A stretch of DNA of 64,000 bases. Source: Chrysomallon squamiferum. Taxonomy: Eukaryota > Animalia > Mollusca. The DNA lies in the NCBI GenBank assembly GCA_012295275.1, contig CM022668.1, positions 5,952,001 through 6,016,000 of the forward strand. Reading direction: 5' to 3'. Position numbers and translations under genes: made by a program. This document shows positions 13,561 to 27,425 of this stretch, in pieces (the first letter of the stretch is position 1; every line of letters begins with the position of its first letter). Below the pieces are notes generated by a model. That model ran no database searches, was not told the DNA's origin, and was given only the letters and a program-made list of their open reading frames with translations.

Positions 13561-14607
13561 ACTAATAACCTCATTCCCTCCATTTTCATGGCTCACACAT
13601 GTAACTGACAAATCACAAATATCCCCTCGGTCTCATGCTGCTCTTCTAGGCCATAGCTCTAGTGATTACACAAACAGGATATCTAGTCTCATACCCCTTG
13701 GGGTTTTTTCTTTTGTTTTTAAAGCTCAGGGCATTTCATATATTTCCAAGAAGTATTGTAACCCATTCAGGATAATTCTAGACTGTTCAAGAAATACAAA
13801 AAACTGTAGCTATTTTGGTTCCTAAAGAAGTAACAAATAATGAACCAACAGGAACATGTATAAAAATGTGTATGAATTTGTATGATAAAAATGTAAATGT
13901 CTGTAATTTATATGCACCAAACTGTGTATCTGACTCCCTTCAACAACAAATACATCCATATTGATTTAATATCATATAATGAAATAATAAATTTTAATTG
14001 AGACAGACTGAAAAATGTATTTTAATAAACATACTTCACAAAAATTTAGAATATTCAGTCAAATTTAATTGATAGTTGGTGCTACAAACATTTAGATAAA
14101 AGATCTTATACAATAAGTCAAGTTGTTGAAGGCAAATTGAAACAAAGTAGAATATCTTTGAAAATGAGTATAATACCTGAAAATTTCAATAATATGTTTA
14201 ATCACAGAATCAAAATTAATATGGACAGAATGCATGATGGTCCATGGGAAACTTAGGTTTCCACAGAGCCAAAGATTCACAGAAACAGTAAACTGTGACA
14301 TTAAGGACATGTTTGTTCTTTATGTGATAAAAATACAACTGATTTGACTGTTGGACTCAAATCAGTTTCAGATGAACTCCCAATCTTAACAGTGGAATGA
14401 AGTGTTCCCTGTTGGCTGTACTGATAGATTACTCTGGCCTCTTATCATCTAGCCTCAATCCAGAAATTCTCCTTCAGATACAATCAGACAATGATCAGCT
14501 TGAAGCCAATGTACTGGCAGTTTCCTTTATGAATCAGATAGTAAACATATTTTCAGAAATTTTCAGGAATTATATATATTTCCTGTAACAAAAAATTACA
14601 AATATAC

Positions 14608-15533
14608 CTATCAGCAAAGTACTATGTTGCTATATCTCTGGTTGGAGAGAACTACTTTGATTCCACACCGACATCTCTTCTCAGGTTTATCATACAGAAT
14701 TTGCCACTTAACTTCTAGAATTAACTGGTATCCCTGAAATTAAAAATACATTAAGTAACTGCAAAAAAGAAAGAACAAAAATACAAAACACAAAAAACCA
14801 TTTTAAAAAGTCATTGAAATTCACTATCTTCGGAACAATGAACTCAGTTTACCAATGGTTTTATTTTTTATTATTTTTATCTTACTTTTTTCTTTTTTTT
14901 TTTTTTTGTTATTATTGTTATTACTATTATTATTTTTATTTTTTTTTATTTTCAGTAAGTGGGCAGTACTGTCTTTTTTTTTATGAAATGATATTATAAT
15001 AAAAGAAAAAAGTCAGCAATGAAGGGGCTTTTTTAGCTAAAATGAACAAAACAACAATTGGAAATAACAAATTGTGTTCAGGAGTGTACATCATAGATAA
15101 ACTAAATGCTTATAAGAATAAAATATTTACTGAAATGCATAAAAGCAGACATGATTTCTATAATCAGGAATTTGTTGAAATAAACCTTTGGATACATTAT
15201 GGAAAAACTAATAATTTTATGTATAGGAATTGTATTAGAACACAAACTAAGAGTGCCTGTATTTATTAAAATATATCTTTATACTTTAGTCATAATAATA
15301 AACTTTATACATAAGGTTATTTTGAAGCTTGAACTGAAACTGTACAAAGCAACAGTTATGTGATCATTTTTCGGTCCTTAACATTACCAACTTACACTTC
15401 TGAATTATCGTTTTCAGCTTTTAGTCCAAGATCCAGATTGACAAGGGCTATATTAGGTTTCTCATACTGTTTCCTTCCCACCTCAAACCCAGCATAACTG
15501 AAAAATCTTCTGAAATGCAACAAGGAAGGAATC
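14608..15533 (-). pseudogene. CCT7: Unprocessed pseudogene fragment of chaperonin CCT7 (TCP-1 eta), two exons
   Basis: Exon 15533-15396 reads DSFLVAFQK/FSYAGFEVGRKQYEKPNIALVNLDLGLKAENDNSEV. Exon 14733-14608 reads GYQLILEVKWQILYDKPEK..GIKVVLS/RDIAT*YFADR. These match recalled CCT7 AFKKTFSYAGFEMQPKKY..ELKAEKDNAE and DYQAIVDAEWNILYDKLEK..VVLSKLPIGDVATQYFADR. Frameshifts and a stop are present; GT-AG sites are retained. Confidence 0.85.
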
Positions 15534-16629
15534 CTGCATAAATAAAACAATATATATATAATAAATTCATTCATTTTGTGAACGAATGTCTAATAGCATT
15601 AAAACAAATCACTTATAATCAAATTTTAAAAAATCTCTCAGATAATGTTAAGAACTACTTAATGATTAAGATCAATATAAAACTTTTTACTGAAACAACA
15701 TATATTTAATAACTGTAAAAATAGAACTATATTCAGCCTTTGAAAAATATAAATCTGTAACACTTTGCAAATTAAATAATAAACAAACAGACAGTCTATA
15801 TCATTAAGAATGCACATTAACTGGTTTCCCACTCTCACAATTAACACTGGTTAAATTTTACCTTGTTATAATTATACTGATAACAACAATATCAACAAAT
15901 TTTTTTAAATTTAATACAATATCATTTTTGACAATAAAAAGAGAAAAAACATTACATGAGCTGTTCTTTCCAGTTACGAACAAAAAACGTTTTAGTTTCT
16001 GAAAACCATGTGTTTAGTCATAAAGAATGGAACTGATTATTACCAAGGACTCTAAAGTAAATTAATATCAAGAGTACCACCCTGTACTATCTTGATTTCT
16101 ATCATATTGAGTTCTTTTTTTCTTGTTACTGTTGATGCTTTTATTTATTTATTTATTTATTTTTATTATTATTTTTTTGTTTTGTTTTGTTTTTTGGTGC
16201 CACCATTTTCTAAAAATGTAAATATTCCAGTGTCTGTGTTGTCTTGTTGATAACTTGACCAACAAAAAAATCTGCTTCAGTTAGTCTATCATAAAAACAG
16301 AAATCTTGACAAGAAAAATAAAATTTACTATCAATAATTAAATAAAAACAAAAATAAATAAAAATTTTCAAAGCTGTTGTTACCACTGGATGCATGTTAC
16401 ACTAGTCAGATATTTCAAATTAAATTGGCTGCCTCTGCAAAAAGTTTGTTCAGTCTTCAGACTTGAATAGACTGCTTCTTGAACTATGAACAATTTCAAC
16501 ATTTCGCTTCAGTGGGGTAGTTTTTCAAAAGCTTGTAAAAATCACTTAGATATAAAGCAAGAATCCCTGTGTATTTTTGCAGTTTCTGATCATGCTGATT
16601 TTCACTTGATCAGGATATTCTGCAGTGTC

Positions 16630-17032
16630 AGACTCGTGATTAGTATGACGTATTAATCTTTAACCAATTTCCTTTTCTTATCTTTTTTTTTTATCTTTTT
16701 AATTTATTATTCAGTGCGAGCAGCCAAACTCGCGATTTATATGATTTATTAATCTTTAACTAAACATTATTTATTTATTAAAAAAAAAAAAAATGTATTA
16801 CTGAGTCCGAGCAGCTGTTTCGAGATTAATATGATTTAATAATCATTAAATAATTAAAATTTAGTTGTTTTTTTTTTTGTTTTTTTTAAATTTGTTAATC
16901 ATTCCGAGCATCCGAAATCGAGATTATTATGAATTATTAATCTCTAAATAAAGTTTTTATTATTATTTGTTCTAGATTATTACTTATTAAGAGCAACCGA
17001 ACTCGAGATTAATTATTTATTAATCTTTAACT
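16630..17032. repeat. Five ~45-bp motif copies spaced ~90 bp apart by variable AT-rich spacers
   Basis: Consensus about CGAGCAGCCGAACTCGAGATTAATATGATTTATTAATCTTTAAC, at ~16631, 16717, 16807, 16905 and 16991. Confidence 0.8.
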
Positions 17033-17469
17033 TTCCTAAAAATTTATAATAATAATAATAATAATCTGAATTAGTATTGCATCAAGCTTCACTACTGGCC
17101 CAGAAATATCTGACTAAATTTAGTTGCTTTAAAGAATAAGAAAAAGTAAACTTTATTTTGATCATTAAATAATATGATGTTTTAACCAACGAATTTAAGA
17201 AGAAGTAAATGCTAATAGTTGAACCATTTACATCGCCCGCAACACTTATATTCGAAAAATTGCTTGATAGATCTTAGTTTTCAAGTCATTAGTATGAGAC
17301 AACATATAGGTGTTTTGTTTGTTTGTTGTTGTTGTTGTTGTTGTTGTGTTTTTTTAGCTGGCAATATCCCGTGGAGTTTTATAACTGTTTGACTGTATTT
17401 AAAAGTAATAAAAGGCGCAAATTCCAAATCATACTCATCTCTTTGTATTACAAATAAATAAAAATTGAA

Positions 17470-17774
17470 AAAACAAAATACTCAGATATTCTTACAAAAT
17501 ATTTTTATTGGAAATAGGTTCTTTTTTAATATTGCAAGAAACCAGTGATTATTTATAGACATAATACAGAACGACGCTAAAATATCCCGGATGTTACCAT
17601 ATATAGTAACTTCCGCCTTATTATGATGACGTTTCATAGTTACCATTATCTATGGCCAGATCGTCTGCTTCGTACAGCGTTTAATTAATTTCACTAATTT
17701 TTAAATAATATATATATAACAGGCAAAGTACAAACAACAGTTATTATATATATAAATATATATATAGGATAGCA

Positions 17775-17834
<60 letters not shown>

Positions 17835-18007
17835 TAATAATAAATAAATAAATAAAATGGGAAAAAAGAAAACACACTGATATCCATACAGAATACCTTT
17901 TACTGGAAACAGATTCATTTTTAATATTGCTGACGGTCAAACGTCAAAGGCAAGAAATTAATCGGAGATTATAGAACGACGCTAAAATATCCCGGATGTG
18001 TGTGTGC

Positions 18008-18038
<31 letters not shown>

Positions 18039-18187
18039 GTAACTTCCGCATTATTGTGATGACGTTTCATAGTTACCATTATCTATGGCCAGATCGTTTG
18101 CTTCGTACTTGTTTTAATTAATTTTACTTAACAAAATATGAAATTTTGAATGATATATACAAGTATAACAGGTAATAATAATAATAA

Positions 18188-18190
<3 letters not shown>
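17470..18190 (+). promoter_or_regulatory. Tandemly duplicated (~400-bp unit) CpG-containing promoter / putative non-coding first exon
   Basis: Both units carry AGAACGACGCTAAAATATCCCGGATG..AGTAACTTCCGC..GATGACGTTTCATAGTTACC..GCTTCGTAC with ETS-like and CRE-half motifs. Both end in CAG|GTAATA (17776, 18172). Confidence 0.55.
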
Positions 18191-18218
<28 letters not shown>

Positions 18219-18469
18219 AAGAAGAATAGTCCTGAACAATGACTGAACACAGAGACTGCTTCTAACCCCTCACAGAAATCACTGACTTAAGCTGCTACAT
18301 ATAACAATCAAAGTTAATTTTGCGGGAGAGATAAACGCCTTGTCAGCACACTTTTTACTGAATATTTGTTATGAGTTTTTCTTACCACTACCCTAGTGCA
18401 AAAATAAAGATCTCCAATGTGATCACCAAACCAGTCCTCTGATTCATGCCATATTTATATAATAATTAA

Positions 18470-18669
18470 GAACACTTGACAGCTTTTATCAAGTATTTTG
18501 GAACCGGAGATTCCCCAGATTTCCGGAATTTTCAATTTTTTATACCAACGTTAATGTATACTTAAAAATATTAAATAAGCAATAGCAAGGTAAAAAAACA
18601 AATTCTATAGATACAAATTAATGCCCCAACCGGTTTTCTTGAAGCTGGATAAACTGTCTGGTACCTCTA
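18470..18669. mobile_element. Decayed Tigger-type MITE related to 40000-40315 and 53625-54150
   Basis: GGAACCGGAGATTCCCCAGATTTCCGG and the right end GCTGGATAAACTGTCTGGTACCTCTA resemble the 53625 element. Confidence 0.4.
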
Positions 18670-19259
18670 ATAACCTTTAGAAACAAAACTCAGATGTCTG
18701 TATTAGTGTGACTTCTAAAGATAACATTTCACCTGAATTTTGATGGTAACATGAAGGTTTTTTCCACATAAATGATGCTGAAATATTAAATAATACTTTT
18801 TACAAATATTGAAGAGTAATATGCATTTTTCACATAAATGATATTGAAATATTAAATTATACATTAAACAAATATTAAAGAGTAATTATATGCATGAAGT
18901 GCTGATAAATATGAGAGACACAGGCCAGTCCAATCTGGCACTTGTGCATGTAATCAATATTTATCTCAGAGTGTCCTAACTACTTTCATATTGTTTAGTG
19001 ACTTCAGGTCTTTTATTTTTTATTGTATTCCAGTAAAAGTGTCCTCCTTTCCAGAAATGGTACATGACAGACCTTTAAATTTGTTTTATTATTTTATTTA
19101 TATTTTTAATTTTTACTCTTTTTTTTCTTACTTTTTGTGTGTGTTGTTTAGTATAGTTTTATTTTCCTTTATTTTCCTTTACTTTTTAAATAATAAAGAA
19201 AAGAATATTATTGTTCTTTATTTTTTATATTTTATTTTTTTCATTTTGCAGCAGGAGCA

Positions 19260-22200
19260 ATGTTGATGGTACTGCTGTTATTAAGCATCTTTGTTGGTAC
19301 ATCTGAAGGAAGGTCCTTGCAGTTTTGCTTTCAAGGATGCAGGATAAAAAAACAAATCGTTACTTGTGATGTCCTCTTAAAGAAAGATTTTGAAAAATTC
19401 ATACAATGTATTGAAAATCATTCTGGTACATTAGTTGTGTAGGTTTTCCATATTTTTCATTAATTTTATTATTTTATTTTATCTGTATGGAACTTACCGA
19501 AATGTATGCATAATCTTTTTTATAATGTCATACTGAGATTTCTCTAATTCTTTATATTACAACAGTTAATCAAATATTAAACTTTTTTATTATTATTTTT
19601 TATTTTTTATTTTTTTTTTTTGTTGTCCTTTTTAAATTGTTTTATTATCCTTATTTGTTTTAATCCTTTTCCAACCATACAAACAGTAATTGCTACAGTC
19701 TTTTGACTAAATCTGTAACTTTTCTTTAATTTATATAAGTTATATTTGCAAAAATTTATTTTTTGAGAAGTAAGATGAAAATTTAGATCTGCTCTTAAGT
19801 TGCTGTGAGTAATAATTTAAAACAATTTTCATATTTTAATAATGATAATGTTGAATGTTTCAATTTTCAGTGATATCAGGAACCATAACTTAAAATGCAG
19901 CTGTGAGTTTTTAGAATTTTGCACATCTGTTAAAGAAAAGCCACAGACAGTTATTTTCCATGATGAAGTTTGTCACACTAAAGAGGTCTCTATTTGTGGT
20001 AAGACTGCTTATATAATAAATTGATTATTTCTTTCCACTATTTATTTCAAAAATAGAAATATCTAAATTTTGATACAATAATTTTTATTACTATTTATAT
20101 ATAGCAATCTTTTAGTTTTAGAATCATTATTATATGTATTAAATTACTGTTTCTTAACAATTGCGTTACTTTTCTTTTCTTTTTATTTAGGTAAGATGCC
20201 AAATTCAACATCAGTTTCTGGTGAGAGACATATATATGTAATGTTTAATGGCATAGTTTTTGACCTCAAGGATGAAAATTATGAACAGCAGTTAAAAGAT
20301 ATGTATGATATTATGGTGAAAATCCTATCTTCATTAACCAGTCCATCCACCAGAGAGGAATACATAAATGTTGAAGACCAAATAATGGATGATGCTATGA
20401 AAGTGCTTCACGTGAGCTGGAATAATCCTGATTACGACTTGTGGCCAATGGAAGAACCCACCGAAGAAGGTGAGTTTTTTTATTTCTTGATTTCTTCTAC
20501 ATTTGTAGTGCATCCTCAGCTTAATGAAAGTCAGCTTACTGGACATTAGATTTAGAAAGAAATTATATTCAAGCCAAATCCTTTAGAATTCCTTTAGTGA
20601 TGAATTCACATGGACAGTAACTCAGTAGATGGTCAGTAGGTTGTACTAGTTCTGGTGTTGTGAAAACACAGTCGTGAAATACTAGGTTTGTTAGCATTCA
20701 TTATCTGATTCACCTCTTATCTTAAAAAATGTTTAGGTATTTACAATTTTTATTAAAATATCATTTTACAAATTCCAGTTTTAATAGACCTTCAGCATCA
20801 ACAGACAGCCTTTCACCTGTACTGAATCTTTAAAGTGTGGGTGTACTGTTATTCTATAATTACTGTGGTCCTCAATTTCATGGATATTGGTTTTCCAGAT
20901 TTAGGGAAATTGAGATCAAATCCAGATAAATATGAACATGCCGCCATTTCCCACTTGAAATCTTACCTTTAGATATAGTTAAGTTTTTTCTCACTCACAC
21001 TAGTATTATGATTATCCCACAAGGTAAGACTAAATTTTACAACTGCACCCATAACATAATAAACTTCACCTAACCTAGCCTACATTTTTCTTTACTTGTA
21101 CTTGTATGACATTTGTTTACATTGTTTTTATGACTCTTTATTGTTCTTACATTATTATATAGCTGTTATGTTTATAAAAGTTTAATGTTTTGCTATGTTT
21201 TAGGATTAATGTTTATATATGCAAATTTCCCAGCCTTTTGCATTTTCCAGAATGTTTCTTCTCCCTATTAGTCCATGAAAATGAGGGTCAACAGTATTGT
21301 TAACTTTTTGCAAGCAGTCATCCAAAACTTTTGCTTTGTCTGTGGGTTTAGCTAAAGACTCAATTTATAACACAGTGAATATTGATTCAGATAAAACTTT
21401 TAGTAAAGAAACTTTGTTTTTGATTAAAGGAAAAACTAAAGAAACTGTATCTAAAAATATATTTATTAATATTTGCTACTTAATGCATTTTAGAAGAAGG
21501 AATAAATTAATTTTAGTGACGACATATAAATCTTTGATAAAATTTAACTCTCTATAATAATAAGAATAAAAAGAAGATTATAGAAAATGAGTGCCTTAAA
21601 TTGCAGATAAGTGAGTTAATGATAAATATGTTTACTATTTCAGAATATAGTGCTAATGGTGTATTGGAGTCTGATCAGGTTTCAAGTGAAGAACTACAAC
21701 CAGAGGTTGTTAAGAGGCAACTTGAAGATAATCAGGATGTTAAGAAGCATCGTGAAGATTATCAGCATCCTGTAAGTAACACAGTTCATCACACATTTGG
21801 GAGTATAATTCATATTTTTGAATGAAGTTTTTATTTTATTATCCTCATGTTTTCAGTATTACTACACATAATTAGTAAAAGACATGTCACAGAATGTTCA
21901 GAACAGTTTCTGTTAAATTGATGTTATTATTAACATTATTGTAATGTTTATTTATTTATCATTTTTTACTTTTTAATTCAAAAAGAGAAGAGAATATTAT
22001 TTGTTTATTATTATTGTTTTTGTAGATAGACATATAGATAGATAGATAGATGTAAATTAATGCAAAAAGCATGTATCAAGAAGGGATATATTTACTCATA
22101 ATGAATACCAGTAAAAACCTACTCACACAGCCCTCTTTATTTCAAGAATCTTCATTTAGCTGTTATCTGTATATCATGACAGCTTGATCTTAAGTCATGG

Positions 22201-23931
22201 TTTGGTCATACACACTTGTCATCTTGATGGTGTAATGCTTGTCACATAAAGTTGCATTAGTATGTTTTCTGAAAGAAACCCCTGAAGAGGTAGCAACGGA
22301 AAAAAAAAAAAAAAAAAAAAAAATAATAATAAATAAAAAAATAAAAATCACCTCCTAAGCTTCATACCCTACAAAGATATGCCAGCATCATACTTTCCTA
22401 ACTGACTATGTCTTACAGAATTTGAATAATGGTAATGCATTTACTGTGTAATGTAAACATTATGGTAGGTAATACATTTTAAAGAACCCATTCAAAGAAT
22501 TCAGGTAATTGTCTGTCTAGCTGGCTTCCCACCTCTGAGGAAAATCATCATCTTCTTCTTTTATTCTTGATTAAATTAGATTTAATTTGAAAATTTTCAT
22601 AAAGCATTTGTAGTGATTATTTAATCTTCCTAATACTTACACCTATGAGGAGGAAATTCAGATGTTTGTTAGATAGATATTTTGGTGTCCTGCACTTTTA
22701 ATGCATGTTACACTACAATTAGTTGTTATTTTAATTTTGTTAAAGAATAATTTTTTTCATTTCATTTTCTACCTTGAGCTAGTAAACTCATATGCACAAG
22801 AAATTGGAATTTGAAATTAATAATTATAAACCAGTGACAAAATGTTTAAAAATAAATTGACAAAGATATAATGTGTTACCAAGAAAATGCTTAGTCATTT
22901 CATTTAATGAAAGAGATTATTTACTTTTACATAACCCTGACCCTTAATAAACATATAACTCACCCTAAATGTATCTTAAATCCATAAAATAAGTCCAAAG
23001 CTGATCATAACCTTTAGATTAAACTTCAAGTATTTAATCATGAAAAACTTTTTTTTTATTATTTTCAGGAAGAAGATAAAGACGGATTCCCATTGCTTTT
23101 GGCAATAATTATCCCATGTATTTTTCTTCTGATTGTTATTTTAATTTTATACTTGAAGGTAAATAAATAGAAACATAAACTGAATAACTTTCCTTAGATA
23201 TATATATATATATATATGATATAATATCATATACACATACACCTATCACAAAATTAATATGAAAAAGTTCAATTTAGGTTATTTTGTGGATAAAACTTTA
23301 CATAAAACATTTATTTTTTAAGCCAGCAAAACAGTTAATCATTTAGTTAATTTAACTGATATGTACTGCTGTATTAAGAATGAAAAATAAGAATAAGAAG
23401 TGAGAGAGAAAGATCTGGTACAAAAAGTGTTTGAAATTTAAATATTTTCTGATTGCGTAATAGCCTGGAAATTTAAAAAAAAACAAATGAAGAAAAAATT
23501 CTTATTTTACACTATATGAATTGATTTCTATCACATTGGTAACAATTAACTTAATGCAGTTTCTTTCAATTTTATTCTCTAACTGGTGATGAAAAAGGGA
23601 GGTAACAACTTTTCCCCAAAAACATTTTTCGAGAATATGTATGATAAAAATGCCTCGGCTCTAACAAGAAAGAAGAAGGAAAGAATCAATGATTTGGAAG
23701 AAGGCTTGAAACTGTTTCTGAGTAAGAATGATAATAAATCAAACAAACGGGCTAAAGATCCAGGCAGAAACTGGAAAAAAATCCTTAACAGTGAAGAAGT
23801 AAGTGAGAATTTTAAATTTTGCGTTATTGAGGTGTCTATGTGTATAGAATAAATGGAGGAGATTAGATACTTGAGACTAAATGTTGAATCCATTCTGCTT
23901 AGAGACCAGTCAGTTTCAGTGTTGTTAATGC

Positions 23932-23964
<33 letters not shown>

Positions 23965-23974
23965 GACAAAGTGC

Positions 23975-24005
<31 letters not shown>

Positions 24006-25749
24006 TATAAAACAAAGATATTTACTTTAATAAAAATATAGTCAAGTACACCATTGATATGTTTTATTTGTGATATTTCTGTAGGCAGTACCTCTTTTGT
24101 TAAATGAACAGAGTGAGTCTGAGGCAGAGGTGAGTAACTATTATTTGCTGTTTAACATAAATTTTGCATTATTAAGAAGTTTATGTGAATAAAGTAAATA
24201 TTTGAGGATCTTTGTTAAATGACTTCTACATTGAGACCAATCAGTTTTATCATGTTTCAACAGGGATTTGATATAATGTAATTTTTATTATTATTATTAT
24301 TACTACTATTTCTACTAGTACTACTTCTACAATTATTATTATTATTATTATTATTATTCATAAAACAAAGATATTTACTTAAATAAAAATATAGTCAAGT
24401 ACACCTGTTGATATGTTTTATTTGTGATGTTTCTGTAGGCAGTACCTCTTTTGTTAAATGAACAGAGTGAATCTGAGACAGAGGTGAGTAACTATTATTC
24501 ATTGTTTAATATAAATTTTGCATTATTAAGATTTTCACATGCTTAAAATAGATGCGGAAGTGAAATGTTTTAGGCTGTTTGTTAAATCTCTTCTACATTG
24601 AGACCAATCAGTTTTATCATGTTCATAGAGGGATTTGATATAATGTAATTTTTTATTATTATTATTACTACTACTTTTACTACTATTACACCTACAATTA
24701 TTATTACTACTTCTACTACTACTACTACTATTCCTACTATTATTAGTGTTGTTGTTGTTGTTGTTAATATATCATACGTAACAGAAATACATTTCCTTAA
24801 CATAAATATAGTGCCAAACAGATTACATCAAACAATTATTTTAATTTCTTGTTTTCAATATTTCCACAGACTTCATATCCCAGTGCATATGACAGGAAGG
24901 ATCTTGAAACAGGGGTGAGTAATTATTATTGACTGTTTAAACGATTTTTATCTTTGGAGTATGTTCTTATTCTTCACTGATTATAAATAATGTTGCTGTT
25001 ATTTTTATTTTTATAACATATCACCTGATCTTCTGAATCTATATAGTTTGCAACACTATGTGTGAAAAATAACATTCATACGTAAATTTGTTCTTCTAGA
25101 CTTTTCACATAAGGCATGATTTCTTCACGGTGTTTAAAATAAAATTAAAAGTTAAAACTATTCAGAAAGTATTTCCATTTAATATATTGATATAATAAAA
25201 ATAACAGATTTTTAGAGGATAGACTTTCTTAGATTTGTAAATTAATAAGGTGTTGAAACATTTTTGATTGTTTGTTGTGATTCTTTAAATCTTGCAGAAG
25301 TCTTCTCCATTAGAAGCAGTTCTTATTGATGTGAGTAATATTACAGTTTTATTACTGAATTCTATCTATTCTGAAACAGTTAATATATATTTTGACCCTG
25401 GATTTCACAGACTAAAGGAGATAGCACCAGTCTGGAAAATGCAAAAGTTTTCCCAATGTTTAGGTTAATTTGCATTAAATTTTCCTGTTGAAGTTAAAAA
25501 TTATTTTAACTAAGCCAGATATCAGAATAACTAAGTTCAACTAAAACATTCTGTTATTATTACTAGTATATACTACTGATATTTTAATCATACTGATTAT
25601 GAATTAAAATATTACTGTAGTTTGCAAATTACAATAAGTTTTGCTAAAGAACAGTTTTGTCAGTATATTGTTCAACTATTTTGTTAAAAACATTTTTCGA
25701 ATTATGGCCTTATATTTTATATATTTTCTTAGTGGACTCATATTCACAT

Positions 25750-25782
<33 letters not shown>

Positions 25783-27365
25783 AAGTAATGTACATGCTTA
25801 AAAATATCTTCATCAAGATCCTGTTTAATATGTCAGCTACCTCATAGATCTGATGTTGCATTGGATTTGTCATCAGTGCCAGATGAAGTAAGTAACATTT
25901 AAAATTAGTGTATTTAATTTTCACCTGTTTGTATTCCAACTGGTACAGACTTAATCAAATAAAAAATATAAGAAACTAACATTTTAGGTAGAAACTTTTG
26001 TGTAGCATATTTTATTTTATTTCATTTCCGAAAATTAACAAGTTCTTATGAAATAAAGATGAAAAAAACACATGTAACTATGAGATAACAAAAATAAGTG
26101 ATAATACTGTGTAACTATAGTACTTTTGATTCATTAACAGCAGTAAACAACATATTTCTTTCAAACTGTGGTTTATAAAATATAATGAGGCTTATTAAAC
26201 AGTGATTTTTTATTGTAAACATAGAAAAATTAAACACAAGATGGAAATGAATACAGAAAAATTTAATTAGAATTAACCTAACTGCAATTTTAAAATTTTA
26301 TTCTCTAGCAGGAAAAAGAAAATAGGGTAAACTGGCTCTCCCCAAAAACGTTTCTCCAGTACATTTATAATAAAAATTCCTCAGCTCTAGGAAGGAGGAG
26401 GAAGGACAGGATAATCGATCTGAAAAATGTACCGTTTGTGAATCAGAGTGATAGTGAATCAGATGATCAGCACAAGGATTCTGACACCAATGAAGATGAT
26501 GAAGATGTGAATGTGTCATGTCACCAGTATAATTCTGAGGCAGGGGTGAGTAACTATTATTTTCTGTTTAACATCATTTTTGTTATCACATCAGTTACAA
26601 TTCTGCAGTTCATTAACCATATTTTACTATGTATACCATTCTAGTTGAGTGGGTATGAATTTAACTTTTTTTTAAATTCACAAATGATATATTTCAGATC
26701 TTGGTAAAATTTAATAAAAGATTAAAATATAGAAACTAACAGACTCTAATTTTAGGTTTGAGTTAAAGGTAAGATTATAATTCATCAGTGGTTATAGATC
26801 AAACTTCGCTTCTGTTTTTATTCTTAACAGATTTTGCAAAAATATCACCTGATCTTTTTGTATCTAAATAGTTTAAAAGCTTAGGAAGTAAGAAAATGTT
26901 GAAATTTAAAACTGTTCTTCTATAAATTTCACTTAAGACAACTACTTCACAGTGTATATATAAATTACAAAAACATCGCAGACTATCACCAATTTAAAGT
27001 ATTTCCATCGTTTGTCTTGGATTCTTTGTTTCTTTTTCTTTTCTATTTAAATTAACATAATGTATTTAATTTATCTGCTGAAGTTACAAAAATTTTAAGT
27101 TGGTCTGAAATAGAAATAACTAAGTTCAGGTAATTCACTCCATTCTGTTTTGTATTATTACTATTATTTAACACCCACATTTTTTCTTCTGATTATTAAT
27201 TTAAATATTAAAGTAGTTTGGAAATTACAATATTTTTAAATAATACTTCTTGCACATCTGCAGTTATTATTATGTTTAGCAACAGTTAAACACTTTTAAT
27301 ATGTTTATTACCATTTTATGAAATGTAGTTTTTGGATTTATGACATTAAATTCTATCTTTGTGTA

Positions 27366-27425
<60 letters not shown>

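Noticed and set aside
15011-15045. SQQ..FLAKM resemblance to an upstream CCT7 segment
   Set aside because: Wrong strand relative to the CCT7 exons, short, and contains a stop; likely chance.
16630-17032. CRISPR array
   Set aside because: Eukaryotic context, degenerate repeats, low-complexity spacers and no cas genes.
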